DNA of 64,000 nucleotides from Longimicrobiales bacterium (GTDB lineage: Bacteria > Gemmatimonadota > Gemmatimonadetes > Longimicrobiales > Gaopeijiaceae), in assembly GCA_965226375.1 (NCBI GenBank), contig CBDDCX010000008.1, positions 2,048,001 through 2,112,000 of the forward strand, given 5' to 3'. The stretch's first letter is position 1, and the number at the start of each line of letters is the position of its first letter. Under the pieces are notes generated by a model. It was not told the origin of the DNA and made no database searches. It saw nothing but the letters and a program-made list of their open reading frames with translations. Positions 48,908 to 61,200 of the stretch are shown piece after piece. The position numbers and the translations under genes were made by a program.

Positions 48908-51900
48908 GCGATCGGAACGAAAGTCGGGCCGCGGCCCAGTCACCCATAGCCATCGTCGGCATCGCCTGTGTATTCCCGAAGGCAGGGGGTCTGCAGGACT
49001 ACTGGGCGAATATCCGGAACGGCGTCGACGCGATCACCGAGATCCCGGAGGCCTACTGGAAGACGTCGGACTATTACGACGCCGACCCCAAACAGCCCGA
49101 CATGACCTATGGTCGCCGCGGCGGCTTCATCGATCCCATCGACTTCGAGCCCATGGCCTTCGGCATTTCGCCGCGGGACCTCGAAGCCACGGACAGCACC
49201 CAACTGATCGGGTTGCATGTAGCCAGTCAGGCCCTCCAGGACGCCGGCTACGGCCCGGAGGGTCGAGAGTTCGATCGGGAAAAAACGAGCGTCATTCTCG
49301 GGGTGAGCGGGACACTGCCGCTGGTGATTCCCCTGGGCGCCCGTCTCGGACACCCCATCTGGCGCAAGGCGCTGGAAGACGCGGGGGTGGACCCGGAGAC
49401 GACCGAAGACGTTATCGAGCGCATCGGAGATGGCTACGTCCCATGGCAGGAGAACTCCTTCCCGGGACTCTTGGCCAACGTCGTCGCCGGCCGCATTGCC
49501 AATCGCCTCGACCTTCACGGCACCAACTGCATCGTCGACGCGGCCTGCGCGTCATCGCTCAGCGCTGTCCATCTCGCGGCCCTCGAGCTCGAGGCGGGCC
49601 GGGCCGACATGGTTCTGAGCGGCGGGCTGGACACGTTCAACGACATCTTCATGTATATGTGCTTCTCCAAGACACCGGCCCTGTCGGCCACGGGGAATGC
49701 ACGCCCATTCAACGATGAGGCCGACGGCACCATTCTGGGTGAGGGTGTCGGGATGCTGGTACTGAAGCGGCTCGGGGATGCCGAGCGAGACGGCGACCGC
49801 ATCTATGCGGTGATCAAGGGCATCGGGTCGTCTTCCGACGGAAAAGGACAGGCCGTGTATGCCCCGGCCCCCGAGGGGCAGGCGAGAGCGTTGCGCGCGG
49901 CATACGACAGCGCGGGCATTCAGCCGGACACGGTCGAGCTCGTAGAAGGTCATGGAACCGGCACCCGGGTGGGTGACGCGACCGAGGCGAAAGGCCTGAC
50001 CACCGTCTACCGGGAGGCCAGCCCAGAAGGAACCTGGTGTGCCCTCGGGTCCGTAAAGTCGATGATCGGCCACACGAAGGCCGCGGCAGGAGCAGCGGGC
50101 CTGATCAAGACGGCCATGGCACTTCACCACAAGACTCTTCCCCCGACCATCAAGGTGGAGAGCCCCAACGAAGCCGTGGCTACCGGGGAGACTCCGTTCT
50201 ATGTGAACACAGAGAAGCGGCCCTGGATGCCCAAGAGCGGCCATCCACGCCGCGCCGGCGTAAGCGCCTTCGGGTTCGGAGGGAGCAATTTCCACTGTGT
50301 GGTGGAGGAGTACGAGTCAAAGGCCACCGAGGTCGACTGGGACGGACGCGATCAGTTGATCGCCTTCTCAGCCGCAGATCGTGAGGCCCTCGCCGCACAA
50401 CTCCAGGAATTCGAGGGGTCGGGCGAGTGGGCCGACATCCGGGGGAGGGCCGCCGAAAGTCGCGCCCGCTTCGACGTGTCCCACCAGGTCAGACTTCTTC
50501 TGGTAGCCGACCGGGACGGAACACCGGTCAGCGATCTCATCACAATGGCGCTCTCACAGCTGAAGGACGAGCGCACGTCCTGGGCGATGCCTCAGGGCAT
50601 CTACTTCGGATCCGGTGCCGCAAAGGGTAAATGGGCGGCATGTTTCCCGGGACAGGGTGCTCAGTACGTCGGCATGCTCCGAGAGCTGGCGTGCCGCTTC
50701 CCCGCGGCAGCCGACGCGTTGGCCGCCTCCGCCGAAGTGACACCTTATGTGGTCGACCGGGTGTATCCCCATCCGGCGTTCGACGACGCTTCCCGATCGC
50801 GGCAGGAGGACGAACTCCGAGCCACCGACACGGCCCAGCCGGCCATCGGCGCCGTAAGCCTGGCCGCTCTCCGGGTGCTCGAACAGTTCGGTCTCACGCC
50901 CGACGCCACGTGCGGCCACAGCTACGGCGAGCTCGTAGCGCTTTGCGCCGCGGGTCGCCTCCGGCCCATGGAGCTGTACCAACTCTCCCGTCGCCGGGGC
51001 GAACTCATGGCGATGGGCGATGGAGATCATGGATCGATGTTGGCGGTGGCCGCCGAACTGGAGTGGGTGAAACAGTTCCTGCGGACCCACGATCTCGACC
51101 TGGTCGTGGCAAACCACAACGCCCCCGAACAGGCCGTACTGTCCGGCGTGACCTACGAGATCGAGCGTGCCCAGGATCTCCTGTCGCGAGAAGGCGTGCG
51201 GGTGAAACGCCTTCCCGTGGCCGCTGCATTCCATAGCAGTCTTGTGGCCCAGGCCGGCGCACCGTTCGCCGAGAGCCTGACGAGCATCGAGCTCACGGGG
51301 AGCGACGTGACCGTGTACGCCAACGCCACCGGCGATGCGTATCCGGCACGGTCAACCGACGCACGTGAGTTGCTGGCCAGTCAGTTGACCTCACCGGTTG
51401 AGTTCGTGGCGTGTGTCAAGTCGATGTTCGACGACGGTGTGCGAACCTTCGTGGAGGTAGGTCCGGGGCGTCGCCTCTCAGCCCTCATCGACGAGATCCT
51501 GGCGGGCGAGGACATTACGACGGTGGCCGTCGATGCCTCCTCGGGCCGCCGAGCCGGACTCGTCGACTTGGCCCGAACGCTCGCCCAGGTAGCCGCCGAC
51601 GGGCATGCTGTCGCGCTGGATCGCTGGGACGACGGAGCGCTCGATGCTTGGCAACGTAGGATCGCCCGCGGCAAGCCCACGATGACCGTTCCGATTTCCG
51701 GTGTGAACCACGTGGATCCGCGGCCGACGCGGCCGCCCAGAGTGGCCACCCCTGCTCTGCCGGCAACGTCTCCGGCGGTAAGACCGACCCCAATCGTCCA
51801 TCAAGTTGGTCCGACATCCGAGGCTGCGGAGTCCACCTCGGATCCCCAGTTGTTGGCCGAGGCCATGCGCGCGAGCCAGGCCAGCCTCCAGGCGCTGGTC

Positions 51901-54900
51901 CGGCTGCAGGAGCAGACTGCGGACGTGCACCGCCGGTTCCTCGAGTCGCAGGAGCGGACCATCCAGGCCATCGCAGGACAGCAAGGGCTGCTGCCGGCCG
52001 TGCCTGCCGCGAACCCGGCCCCTTCCAGGGTGCCCGAGCCCGCTCTGGCTCAGGAGGCCCTCGCCCTGACACCGGAGCCCACTCCAGAGCCCGCCCCGAC
52101 AGTGGCACCCGCACCGACCGTCGAGCCCGAGGTAGCCGCACCGGGCGTCGCGGCAGCACTACTCTCGGTCGTGTCGGAGAAGACCGGATACCCGGAGGAG
52201 ATGCTGGAATTGTCAATGGGGCTAGATGCGGATCTGGGCATCGACTCCATCAAGCGGGTCGAGATTCTGTCCGCGCTCCAGGAGCGGCTCCCCGACGCAC
52301 CGGTGATCACTCCCGAGCACCTGGGTGAGATCCAGACGCTCGGACAGATCGTCGAGTTCCTCGGCGGCTCCGCCTCCGAGTCGGAGGCACCTTCGGTCAC
52401 AGGCGAGGCGACCACCCTTGTGGATGCCGCCGAGACGACCGGACCAACGACGTCTGCTACAGCGGGTATCGCCGAGATGCCGGCCAACGATGCCGCAGAC
52501 GCGGCGGCCAACGGAAGCGCAGACGCGGTAGGCAACCCAAGCGTCGACAGTGCACGCATCTCCGAGGTCCTGCTGAGCGTAGTCGCCGACAAGACGGGAT
52601 ATCCCGTCGACATGCTCGACGTATCGATGAATCTGGATGCCGACCTGGGCATCGACTCCATCAAGCGGGTCGAAATCCTGGCGGCGTTGCAGGAAGCGCT
52701 CCCAGAGGCCCCGGTCGTGGCTCCGGACCAACTCGGTGAGCTCCGGACCCTGAGCCAAATCGTGGACGTGCTCGCCCAAGGAGCCGAATCCGAGCCGGCG
52801 CCCCCGCCCTCGCTGCCTGTCCCGGACCAACCCGCTCGGTCCGTGCCAAAGGGCGTCGAGCGCCTGGTCCCGACACTGCGGCCCCTCGATTCGATCGGAG
52901 AGCCGATCGGGCTTCCCGCCGGGTCCAAGATCTGGGTAGCCAAGAGCGGCAACGTGCTCTCGGGCCAGATCGTCGAAGAGCTCAGCGCACAGGGTTACTC
53001 CGCCGAAGAGGTGGAACTTGCCGACCAGGTGCACAACCCGCCCGACGACGTCGCCGGCTTGATTGTGGTCGTACCTCCTCGTGTCACCGACGAGGACATC
53101 CTGTTCGGATTCGGACGCGTTCGAGCCATGGCCCCCGTCCTTCGCCGCGCGGCGCTGCAGGGCGGTGCCCTCCTGTGCAGCGTGACCTGCCTAGGTGGCG
53201 GCTTCGCTCTCGAGGCGGCTCCCCCCGAGGATGTGGATGCCACGGGCGGGGCCTGGGGCGGCCTGACCAAGACGGCCGCCGCAGAGTGGACGGAGGTCGA
53301 CTGCAAGTGCATCGACGTTGATCCGAACCGAATTGATCTGGCGTCGGACGTAGTGAAGTACGCTCTCTCGGAGGGGCCGGTGGAAATCGGCCTGGGGAGC
53401 GATGGGCCCGTTACGGTGGTTCTCGAGCCACAGCCTGTCGAGCCTGCGGCGCACGCGGCCCTGGGATCCGACGATGTCGTACTGATCACCGGTGGCGCCC
53501 GGGGCGTAACGGCCGAGGTTGCCGTAGCGATGGCCCAAGCAGGACAACCTGGGCTGATCCTTATGGGCCGCAGTCCGGAGCCGAGCAGTGAGCCCGACCG
53601 GCTCATCGGTCTGGACGGGGAGGCCGACGTCAAGCGTGCCATCGTGGCCCACGCGGGCCCGGGCGTCAGCCCCCAGGAGGTGCAGGCCGAATACAACCGT
53701 ATCCAGGCCAGCCGCGAGATCCTACGCAACCTCGCTCGAATCTCGGCGGCGGGCTCGGAGGTCGTCTACACCTCCGTCGATGTGCGTGACCCTGACGCCG
53801 TACGGACCAGCCTCGAGCCACTGATCGAGGAGTTCGGGCCCATCACGGGGCTCGTGCACGGAGCCGGGGTCCTGGCGGACCGCAACATCGAGGACAAGAG
53901 CGACGAGGACTTCGCTTTCGTCTACAACACCAAGGTGGGTGGGCTACGCTCCGTGCTTGCTGCCCTGGACGACGCACCCCTGAAAACCATGGTGATGTTC
54001 TCCTCCTCGACGGCCCGCTTCGGACGCCGCGGACAGGCGGACTACGCTGCCGCAAACGAGGTGCTGAACAAGGTGGCGCAGGTCGAAGCGGCCCGCAGAG
54101 AAGGCTGCCGGGTAGTCTCGGTGAACTGGGGACCCTGGGATGGCGGCATGGTGACGCCGGCACTCAAGGGCATATTCTCTGCCGAGGGTATCGAGGTGAT
54201 CGGTATGGAGAGCGGCGCGGCCTACCTCCTCGACGAGATCGCGTGTGACGGGCCGGCGGAAGTGCTCGTCCTCGGAGCGGGGTCGCATGTTCCCAGCGAG
54301 GCGCCCACATCGACCGTGGCGACGAACGGGGCGGTACAGGATGAGTTGCCCGTGGTCTTCGAACGGACCATCAGCACCGACACACACGAGTTCATGGCGT
54401 CCCACGTCTTGGACGGACGCGCCGTGCTGCCGGCCGCGATGACCCTGGAGTGGCTGGCCCACAGCGCGCTTCACGGGAATCCGGGACTGCGTTTTGTCGG
54501 GGTCGACGACTTCCGTGTGTTCAAGGGAGTCCTCGTTCAGGCACAGGAGTCCTTCCGGGTACGCGTGTGTGCCGACGAGGCGCGGCGCCGTGGTGATGAA
54601 TTCGTGGTGACGGCGGAGCTCTGTAGCGGCGGGAGCAACGGCAGGCGGGTGCTACACGCCCGAGCCGAGATCGTCTTGGCCGCACGTCAGCCTGAGGCGG
54701 CTACACCCCACGCATCCCAAGACCTGCCGGCGCTCGAACAGTCCATCGAGAGTATCTACTCCGAAACGCTCTTCCATGGCCCGGCGATGCGCGGCCTGGT
54801 GGACGTCGAGAGTTGTGGAGATGCGGGCCTCGTGGCTCGCTGCCGGGTGGCACCGCCGCCCAAGGACTGGATGCAAGAGCCCGTGCGTAATCGGTGGATT

Positions 54901-55215
54901 GCGGATCCCCTCGTGCTCGACAGTGGACTTCAGGCCATGATCGTCTGGACCTCCGACCGGGTGGGAGAGGCTTCGCTCCCGTCACGCCTGACGCGCTATC
55001 GCCAGTTCGTCCCCGCGTTCCCCGAGAGTGGTGCGCGCATCGTCATCAACGTGCGCGACCGAACGGACGCTCGCGTGGTGTCGGACATCGACTGGGTCGG
55101 AGACGACGGGCGACTGCTCGCCCGACTCGAAGGATACGAGTCGGTTGTGGACCCGTCGCTGAGCAAAGCGTTCCGCCAAAACAGACTCGACACGAGCGCG
55201 TCGTCCAAGGCGTAA
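48904..55215 (+). CDS. pfaA: PUFA synthase PfaA (KS-AT-ACP-ACP-KR-DH)
   Basis: DAACASS, HGTGT, GHSYG, two LGIDSIKRVEI ACPs, TGGARGVT KR, HVLDGRAVLP DH; TTG start overlapping the pfaD stop. Confidence 0.93.
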   Translation: MSDRNESRAAAQSPIAIVGIACVFPKAGGLQDYWANIRNGVDAITEIPEAYWKTSDYYDADPKQPDMTYGRRGGFIDPIDFEPMAFGISPRDLEATDSTQLIGLHVASQALQDAGYGPEGREFDREKTSVILGVSGTLPLVIPLGARLGHPIWRKALEDAGVDPETTEDVIERIGDGYVPWQENSFPGLLANVVAGRIANRLDLHGTNCIVDAACASSLSAVHLAALELEAGRADMVLSGGLDTFNDIFMYMCFSKTPALSATGNARPFNDEADGTILGEGVGMLVLKRLGDAERDGDRIYAVIKGIGSSSDGKGQAVYAPAPEGQARALRAAYDSAGIQPDTVELVEGHGTGTRVGDATEAKGLTTVYREASPEGTWCALGSVKSMIGHTKAAAGAAGLIKTAMALHHKTLPPTIKVESPNEAVATGETPFYVNTEKRPWMPKSGHPRRAGVSAFGFGGSNFHCVVEEYESKATEVDWDGRDQLIAFSAADREALAAQLQEFEGSGEWADIRGRAAESRARFDVSHQVRLLLVADRDGTPVSDLITMALSQLKDERTSWAMPQGIYFGSGAAKGKWAACFPGQGAQYVGMLRELACRFPAAADALAASAEVTPYVVDRVYPHPAFDDASRSRQEDELRATDTAQPAIGAVSLAALRVLEQFGLTPDATCGHSYGELVALCAAGRLRPMELYQLSRRRGELMAMGDGDHGSMLAVAAELEWVKQFLRTHDLDLVVANHNAPEQAVLSGVTYEIERAQDLLSREGVRVKRLPVAAAFHSSLVAQAGAPFAESLTSIELTGSDVTVYANATGDAYPARSTDARELLASQLTSPVEFVACVKSMFDDGVRTFVEVGPGRRLSALIDEILAGEDITTVAVDASSGRRAGLVDLARTLAQVAADGHAVALDRWDDGALDAWQRRIARGKPTMTVPISGVNHVDPRPTRPPRVATPALPATSPAVRPTPIVHQVGPTSEAAESTSDPQLLAEAMRASQASLQALVRLQEQTADVHRRFLESQERTIQAIAGQQGLLPAVPAANPAPSRVPEPALAQEALALTPEPTPEPAPTVAPAPTVEPEVAAPGVAAALLSVVSEKTGYPEEMLELSMGLDADLGIDSIKRVEILSALQERLPDAPVITPEHLGEIQTLGQIVEFLGGSASESEAPSVTGEATTLVDAAETTGPTTSATAGIAEMPANDAADAAANGSADAVGNPSVDSARISEVLLSVVADKTGYPVDMLDVSMNLDADLGIDSIKRVEILAALQEALPEAPVVAPDQLGELRTLSQIVDVLAQGAESEPAPPPSLPVPDQPARSVPKGVERLVPTLRPLDSIGEPIGLPAGSKIWVAKSGNVLSGQIVEELSAQGYSAEEVELADQVHNPPDDVAGLIVVVPPRVTDEDILFGFGRVRAMAPVLRRAALQGGALLCSVTCLGGGFALEAAPPEDVDATGGAWGGLTKTAAAEWTEVDCKCIDVDPNRIDLASDVVKYALSEGPVEIGLGSDGPVTVVLEPQPVEPAAHAALGSDDVVLITGGARGVTAEVAVAMAQAGQPGLILMGRSPEPSSEPDRLIGLDGEADVKRAIVAHAGPGVSPQEVQAEYNRIQASREILRNLARISAAGSEVVYTSVDVRDPDAVRTSLEPLIEEFGPITGLVHGAGVLADRNIEDKSDEDFAFVYNTKVGGLRSVLAALDDAPLKTMVMFSSSTARFGRRGQADYAAANEVLNKVAQVEAARREGCRVVSVNWGPWDGGMVTPALKGIFSAEGIEVIGMESGAAYLLDEIACDGPAEVLVLGAGSHVPSEAPTSTVATNGAVQDELPVVFERTISTDTHEFMASHVLDGRAVLPAAMTLEWLAHSALHGNPGLRFVGVDDFRVFKGVLVQAQESFRVRVCADEARRRGDEFVVTAELCSGGSNGRRVLHARAEIVLAARQPEAATPHASQDLPALEQSIESIYSETLFHGPAMRGLVDVESCGDAGLVARCRVAPPPKDWMQEPVRNRWIADPLVLDSGLQAMIVWTSDRVGEASLPSRLTRYRQFVPAFPESGARIVINVRDRTDARVVSDIDWVGDDGRLLARLEGYESVVDPSLSKAFRQNRLDTSASSKA

Positions 55216-55220
55216 CCTCT

Positions 55221-58200
55221 ATGTCCATATCCGAGCCGATCGCCATCGTCGGCCTCGGCGGGATTCTCCCCGGCGCCGCTACCCTCGATGACTTCTGGAA
55301 TGTCGTCAAGGCCGGTGTCGACACCGCCTCCGAGCCGCCCTCGGGCCGTTGGCTCCTCGACCTGGAACAGGCGTACGATCCCGAACGGGCTCGAGCCGAC
55401 CATGTCTACTCCCGGCGGGCTTGCTTTGTCAGGGACTTCCAGCTCGAGCGCACGGGCCTGAATCTGCCGCCGGAGCTGCTCGACGCTCTCGATCCGATGG
55501 TCCACCTGGCGCTTCACGCGGGGCGGCAGGCGTGGCGGGATGCCGTCACCGACCCGGTTGATCCCAAGCGCGTGGGGGTCATGCTGGGCAACATCGTCCT
55601 ACCGACCATGTCCGCCTCGGCGATGGCCGACTGGATTCTTGGGAGACGCTTCGAGCGAGAGGTGTTCCGAGCGGCAGGGATACCGATGCCCCCCGAGGAC
55701 CGCGCCCCGGTCGGGGCAGTCAATCGCTGGGTGGCAGGCCTTCCGGCCGCTGTGCTCGCTCGGGCGCTGGGACTCGGCGGAGATCGTTTCTGCCTGGACG
55801 CGGCGTGCGCATCGTCTCTGTTTGCGGTCGAATTGGCCGTCGACGCACTCCGCGACGGCCGACTCGACGCCGTGCTTGCCGGCGGACTTTCACGGCCCGA
55901 CTCCCTCTACACACAGATGGGCTTCTCCCAACTCCTGGCCGTGTCACCCACGGGCCGCTGCTCGCCGTTCGATCACAAGAGCGATGGTCTGGTGGTCGGT
56001 GAGGGCGCCGGAGTCCTGGTTTTGAAGCGCCTGTCGGACGCGATCGAGCACGGCGATCGGGTGCGAGCCGTGGTCAAGAGCGTCGGCCTCTCCAACGACG
56101 TGGAAGGCAGCCTGCTGGCCCCCAGCCAAGAGGGGCAATTGCGGGCCATGCGAGGTGCCTACCAAGCCGCGGGGTGGCAGCCGAGTGAAGTGGATCTGGT
56201 CGAGTGCCACGCTACCGGTACACCCGTGGGCGACGCCGTGGAGTTCGCGAGCCTTCAGGCGCTGTGGGCCGAGGAGGATGCCCCCGCAACGCGCTGCGTT
56301 ATCGGTTCGGCCAAGTCCAATACAGGCCACCTGCTGACGGGGGCAGGAGCCGTGGGCCTACTCAAGACCATCCTGGCCATGGAGCATAAGACCCTGCCGC
56401 CTACCGCCAACTTCGAAGAGGCCGGGGACAGCGTCGACTTGGCCCAGAGCCCGTTCCGGGTGCTGCAGGAAGCGCAGCCGTGGCAGGCCCCGAAGAGTCA
56501 CGCACGTCGGGCTGCGGTAAGCGGGTTCGGCTTCGGCGGGACGAACGCTCATGTTCTTCTCGAAGAAGCTACGGAGCCCGCTGCTGGACGAGCCGCCGTC
56601 ACCGTGCCGGCGCTACCTCGGTCGGCCGAGCCGAAGCCGGAGTCCCCCGAGTCACCCACCGAGTCTCCCACCGAGTCCCTCACGTACGGGCCGGAGGGAC
56701 GGGACTCGCCCTCTACGGCGATCGCCATCGTCGGAATGGGCGCTCGCATCGGGCCATGGAAGGATCTGGCCGCCGTCCAGCAACGGATCCTCGGGCGCGG
56801 GGACGACCATCCGGTCCTCCCCAAGGAGAACCACTGGGGAGTCCCGGATCCGCCCTTGGGGTGGTTCATCGAGGAACTCGAAATTCCGTTCGGCCTCTTC
56901 AAGATTCCACCCAAAGAGATCGAGGAGGCGCTGCCCCAGCAGATGCTCATGCTCCAGGTGGCTGAACGCGCCCTCGCAGACGCCGCTCTCGACGACCTCG
57001 ACCGTCTTCGCACGGGGGTGTTCGTGGGGGTGGAGATCGACCTCAACACGACCAACTACCACCTACGGTGGGCCGTCCGATCTCGGGCCGCGGATTGGGC
57101 CAGGCGAATGGCACGCCCGATCGAGGAAGCCGAGTTCGAGAGCTGGGTCGAAGAGCTCTGTGACTCCCTCACACCCGCGCTCAATGCCAACCGCACCATC
57201 GGCGGTCTCGGCTCCATCGTGGCGAGTCGGGTGGCGCGGGAGTTCGGACTCGGCGGCCCGAGCTACGTGCTCGCCAGTGAGGAGACGTCTGGGATGTCGG
57301 CCCTTCAGGCCGCGCTTCGATCCCTCCAGACCGGCCGCCTCGACTGCGCCGTGGTGGGGGCCGTCGACCTGTCCGGCGATGTCCGCGCCCTGCTCTCTCT
57401 AGCGAGTACGGACGGTGTGGCGGCGGACGGCATCCCCCGCCCCTTCCACGGCGAATCCCAGGGCGTGGTTCCCAGCGACGGCGCGGTCGCCTTGGTACTG
57501 AAGCGGGAAAAGGAGGCCCGACAGGACGGTGATCGCATCTACGCCATCGTGCGAGGAGTGGGAAGCGTCGGCGGGGACCTGACGGATGCGAGCACAGAAG
57601 CGGCGCTCCGTAGCTGCCGGGACGCCTCGGTCGCACCCGAGGCTATCCCATACGTGGAAGGCCACGGAGGTGGCGCACCGCGAGAGGACCGTGCAGAAGC
57701 ACGGGCTCTGGCGGAAGTCCACGGAGCCGACACCATTCTCGGATGCACCAAGGCACGCGTCGGCCACACGGGAGCCGCGGCAGGCCTGGTCTCGGTCCTG
57801 GGGGCCAGCCTGGCCCTCTACCAGCAGGTGCTCCCCGCCGCCGGTAGCGACTGGACCGGCCGAGGCAACGGTACGAGGGGTGGCCCCGCGCGCGAGCCCG
57901 AGTCACGGCAGGGATTGATCCCGCTGGCCGACTCCAGGCCATGGGTCTGCGATCGCGCCGAGGGCCCACGGCGTGCGGGGGTTCTGGCGGTTTCCCGTGG
58001 AGGATCCTGTTCGCACGTGGTCCTGGAGGAGTCAGGTGCGACGGTGCGGGAGGAAGAGAGGGCGACTCCCCTGGGCGCGCTACCCGAGGGACTGTTCCTG
58101 GTCGAGGGGGACGACGACAAGGCGGTGGTCGCGGGCCTGAGACAGCTAGCGGAGTTCGTCACGGGGGCAGGGCAACCTATCACCGACGCCGAGCAGAATT

Positions 58201-61200
58201 CTGGCTCGGACGGGACTGGGGTGTCCGACCTGGCGCAGCTCTGGTGGATGGAGGAGCCCTTACAGCCGGAAGTCGCCCGGGCCATCGCTCTGGTGGCCAG
58301 AGACGCCTACGAGATCGAGAGCCTTGCCCGAACCGCTGCCGACCAGATCGAGGCCGGCGGCGATCCGTCCGATCGTAGCGCAGGCCGGGTCTTCTTCACA
58401 CGTGAGCCGCTCGGACGTGAGGGCCGACTCGCCTTCGTGTATCCAGGCTCGGGGAGTCAGTTCGCCGGCATGGGTCGGGAGCTCTGTCTCCAGTGGCCCG
58501 AGATCCTCAGAGATCAGGAAGGGAGCAGCGAAATGCTGAGCTCCCAGCTGAGGGCATCGGAAATCTGGCGGGCCGGTCCAACCCCGACCGATGCGCGCAC
58601 CGTCATCCTATCTCAAGTGGCATTGGGTACGCTCGCTACGGACCTCATGGCCCGATTCGCGGTGAAGCCGGACGCGGTGATCGGGTACTCGCTTGGAGAA
58701 ACGGCGGGGTTGTTCTCCACGGGGGCGTGGCACGAGCGCGATGAGATGCTGCGCAGAACCACCGAGAGCGATCTGTTCGAGACTCAACTCACGGGTCCCT
58801 GCACGGCCGCTCGCGCCGCATGGAGCCTCGACGAAGACGCCGTGCTGGAGTGGAGGGTCGGCGTGGTGGACCGCTCCGCCGAGGAGGTGAGAGCGGTCCT
58901 CGATGGGCGCGAACGTGTCTACTTGCTCATCGTGAATACGCCGGACGAGTGTGTTATCGGTGGCGACGCGGAAGCGGTACATCAGGCCGTCGAGGCTCTC
59001 GGATCGGCGTTCCACGAGCTGCGGGGTGTCACGACGGTGCACTGCGAGGTCGCCCAGGAAGTTGCGGACGATTACCGGGATCTTCATCTGCTCGACACCC
59101 GCCCACCGGAGGGAGTCCGTTTCTACAGCGGGGCCTCGGGAGTGTCCTACGATGTCGATCGAGAAAGCGCCGCCGACTCCCTGCTCGCCCAAGCGCTCCA
59201 CGGCGTGGACTTTCCGAAGACCGTTCGACAAGCCTACGAAGATGGCGCTCGGATCTTCCTCGAGATGGGGCCGGGAGCCTCCTGTACCCGCATGATCTCC
59301 AAGATTCTGGACGGTTCAGCATTCAGGGCGCGTTCGATCTCGTCTCCGACGCAGGACGAGCCATCCGCGGTCCTCAGGGCCCTGGCCATGCTGTTGGTCG
59401 AACGTGTGGAGGTAGACCTCGGACTGCTCTATCCGGGTGCCCCGAAACCCGCAGGTGAGTCGAAGCCGGCCATCCGGGTCCCCATAGGTCAGGTCGGCTT
59501 TGGGGCGATTCCCGTGGGACCTTCGGTCGCAGACGCCGCCGTGACCGCCGAGACGTCCGCTACCGAAACCATGTCGGCCGAAGATCCGTCGGTGGCGCCC
59601 GTGACATCCGACTCGCGCTCGGCACACCTGGCGGCCCAGGGCCTCACGGCGGCGACGGCCAGTGAGCCCCTCATGTCACTGGCTACCGAGTCCTCACCGG
59701 ATCTGGCGGCCGCAGTCCGGGCTGCCGAGACCACCTTGGAGGTCCATGAGGCCTTCCTGCGCTCCGCCGAGCACACCCGCCAGTTGGCGGCGGCACAGTT
59801 GGCGCACCAGCACAACCTCTTGCATGCGCTGGCCCGAGGAGAGGCGGCACCGCTGGTCGCTGATCTGAGCGCCGCCGGGACAACGATGGGCACCCCCGCC
59901 CTTGCCTCGACACCTCCGCCGCCATCTCCCGAAGCGATGCGAGAGGTTGCGACTCTGCCGCGATCCGTCGCCCTGGACCGGGATCAACTGATGGAGTTCG
60001 CCGTCGGCTCCATCGGCAAGGCACTCGGAGAGCGCTTCGCCCACGTGGACAGCCATCCCACCCGGGTGCGACTGCCCGATGAGCCGCTCATGCTGGTGGA
60101 CCGGGTCTTGACCATAGAGGCCGAGCCCCAGTCCATGACGTCGGGTCGGATCGTGACGGAGCACGATGTGCTTGAGGGCGCGTGGTATCTGGACGGGGGG
60201 CTCATTCCCACCTGCGTAGCCGTCGAGGCGGGGCAAGCGGACCTGCTTCTGTCCGGCTATATGGGAATCGACTCGGAGACGCAGGGCCTGGCGGTGTACC
60301 GGCTCCTGGACGCCGTGGTCACGTTTCAGGGCGAGCTGCCTCGTCCCGGCCAGGTCATCGTGTACGACATCCGCATCATCCACTTCTTCCGACAGGGGGA
60401 CACCTGGCTCTTCCGCTTCCAGTTCGACGCCACGGTCGACGGTCGTCCGCTCATGACCATGCGCGAAGGCTCAGCCGGGTTCTTCTCGCAGGGAGAGCTG
60501 GACGCGGGTAAGGGGATCGTGTTGAGTGCCCTCGAGCGACGGGAGATCGCGGGTCAACGACCCGCCGACTGGCGTGAACTGGTCCCCATGTGCAAGGAGT
60601 CCTTCGACGAGGGACAGATCGAAGCGCTCCGGCAAGGGGACTTGGCAGGTGCGTTCGGCGAACAGTTCGACGGGCTCGGCCTGATCCGACCTCTCACGAT
60701 TCCCGGTGATCGTATGCGGCTGGTCCATCGGGTCACGGAACTGGACCCCGAGGGCGGGCGCTACGGCATCGGAAGCATCGTTGCGGAGGCCGACATCCAC
60801 CCGGACGACTGGTTCCTGACTTGCCACTTCGTCGACGACCAGGTCATGCCGGGCACACTGATGTACGAGTGCTGCCTTCACACGCTTCGGATCTTCCTCC
60901 TCCGTATGGGCTGGATGGCCGCGGAGGGATCCTCGACCTGGCAGCCGATCAAGGGGGTGAAGAGCCGGCTGAGGTGTCGTGGTCAGGTCTTGGCCTCTAC
61001 CGCGATGGTGACGTACGAGATCAACGTGCGAGAGATGGGCTACGGTCCCGAGCCCTACGCGATCGTGGATGCGATGATGTACGCCGATGGCAAGCCGATC
61101 GTGGACATCCGCGAGATGTCGGTGCAGCTGACCGGCGCCGACCGCGAACAGCTGGAAGATCTGTGGTTGGCCCGGAACCTCGGTACGCTCCGCCCCGCGG

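Noticed and set aside
52150..52780. Direct DNA repeat inside pfaA
   Set aside because: Explained by the two tandem ACP domains
56638..56680. Short ESP(T) repeats in pfaBC
   Set aside because: Low-complexity interdomain linker, not a CRISPR or regulatory repeat
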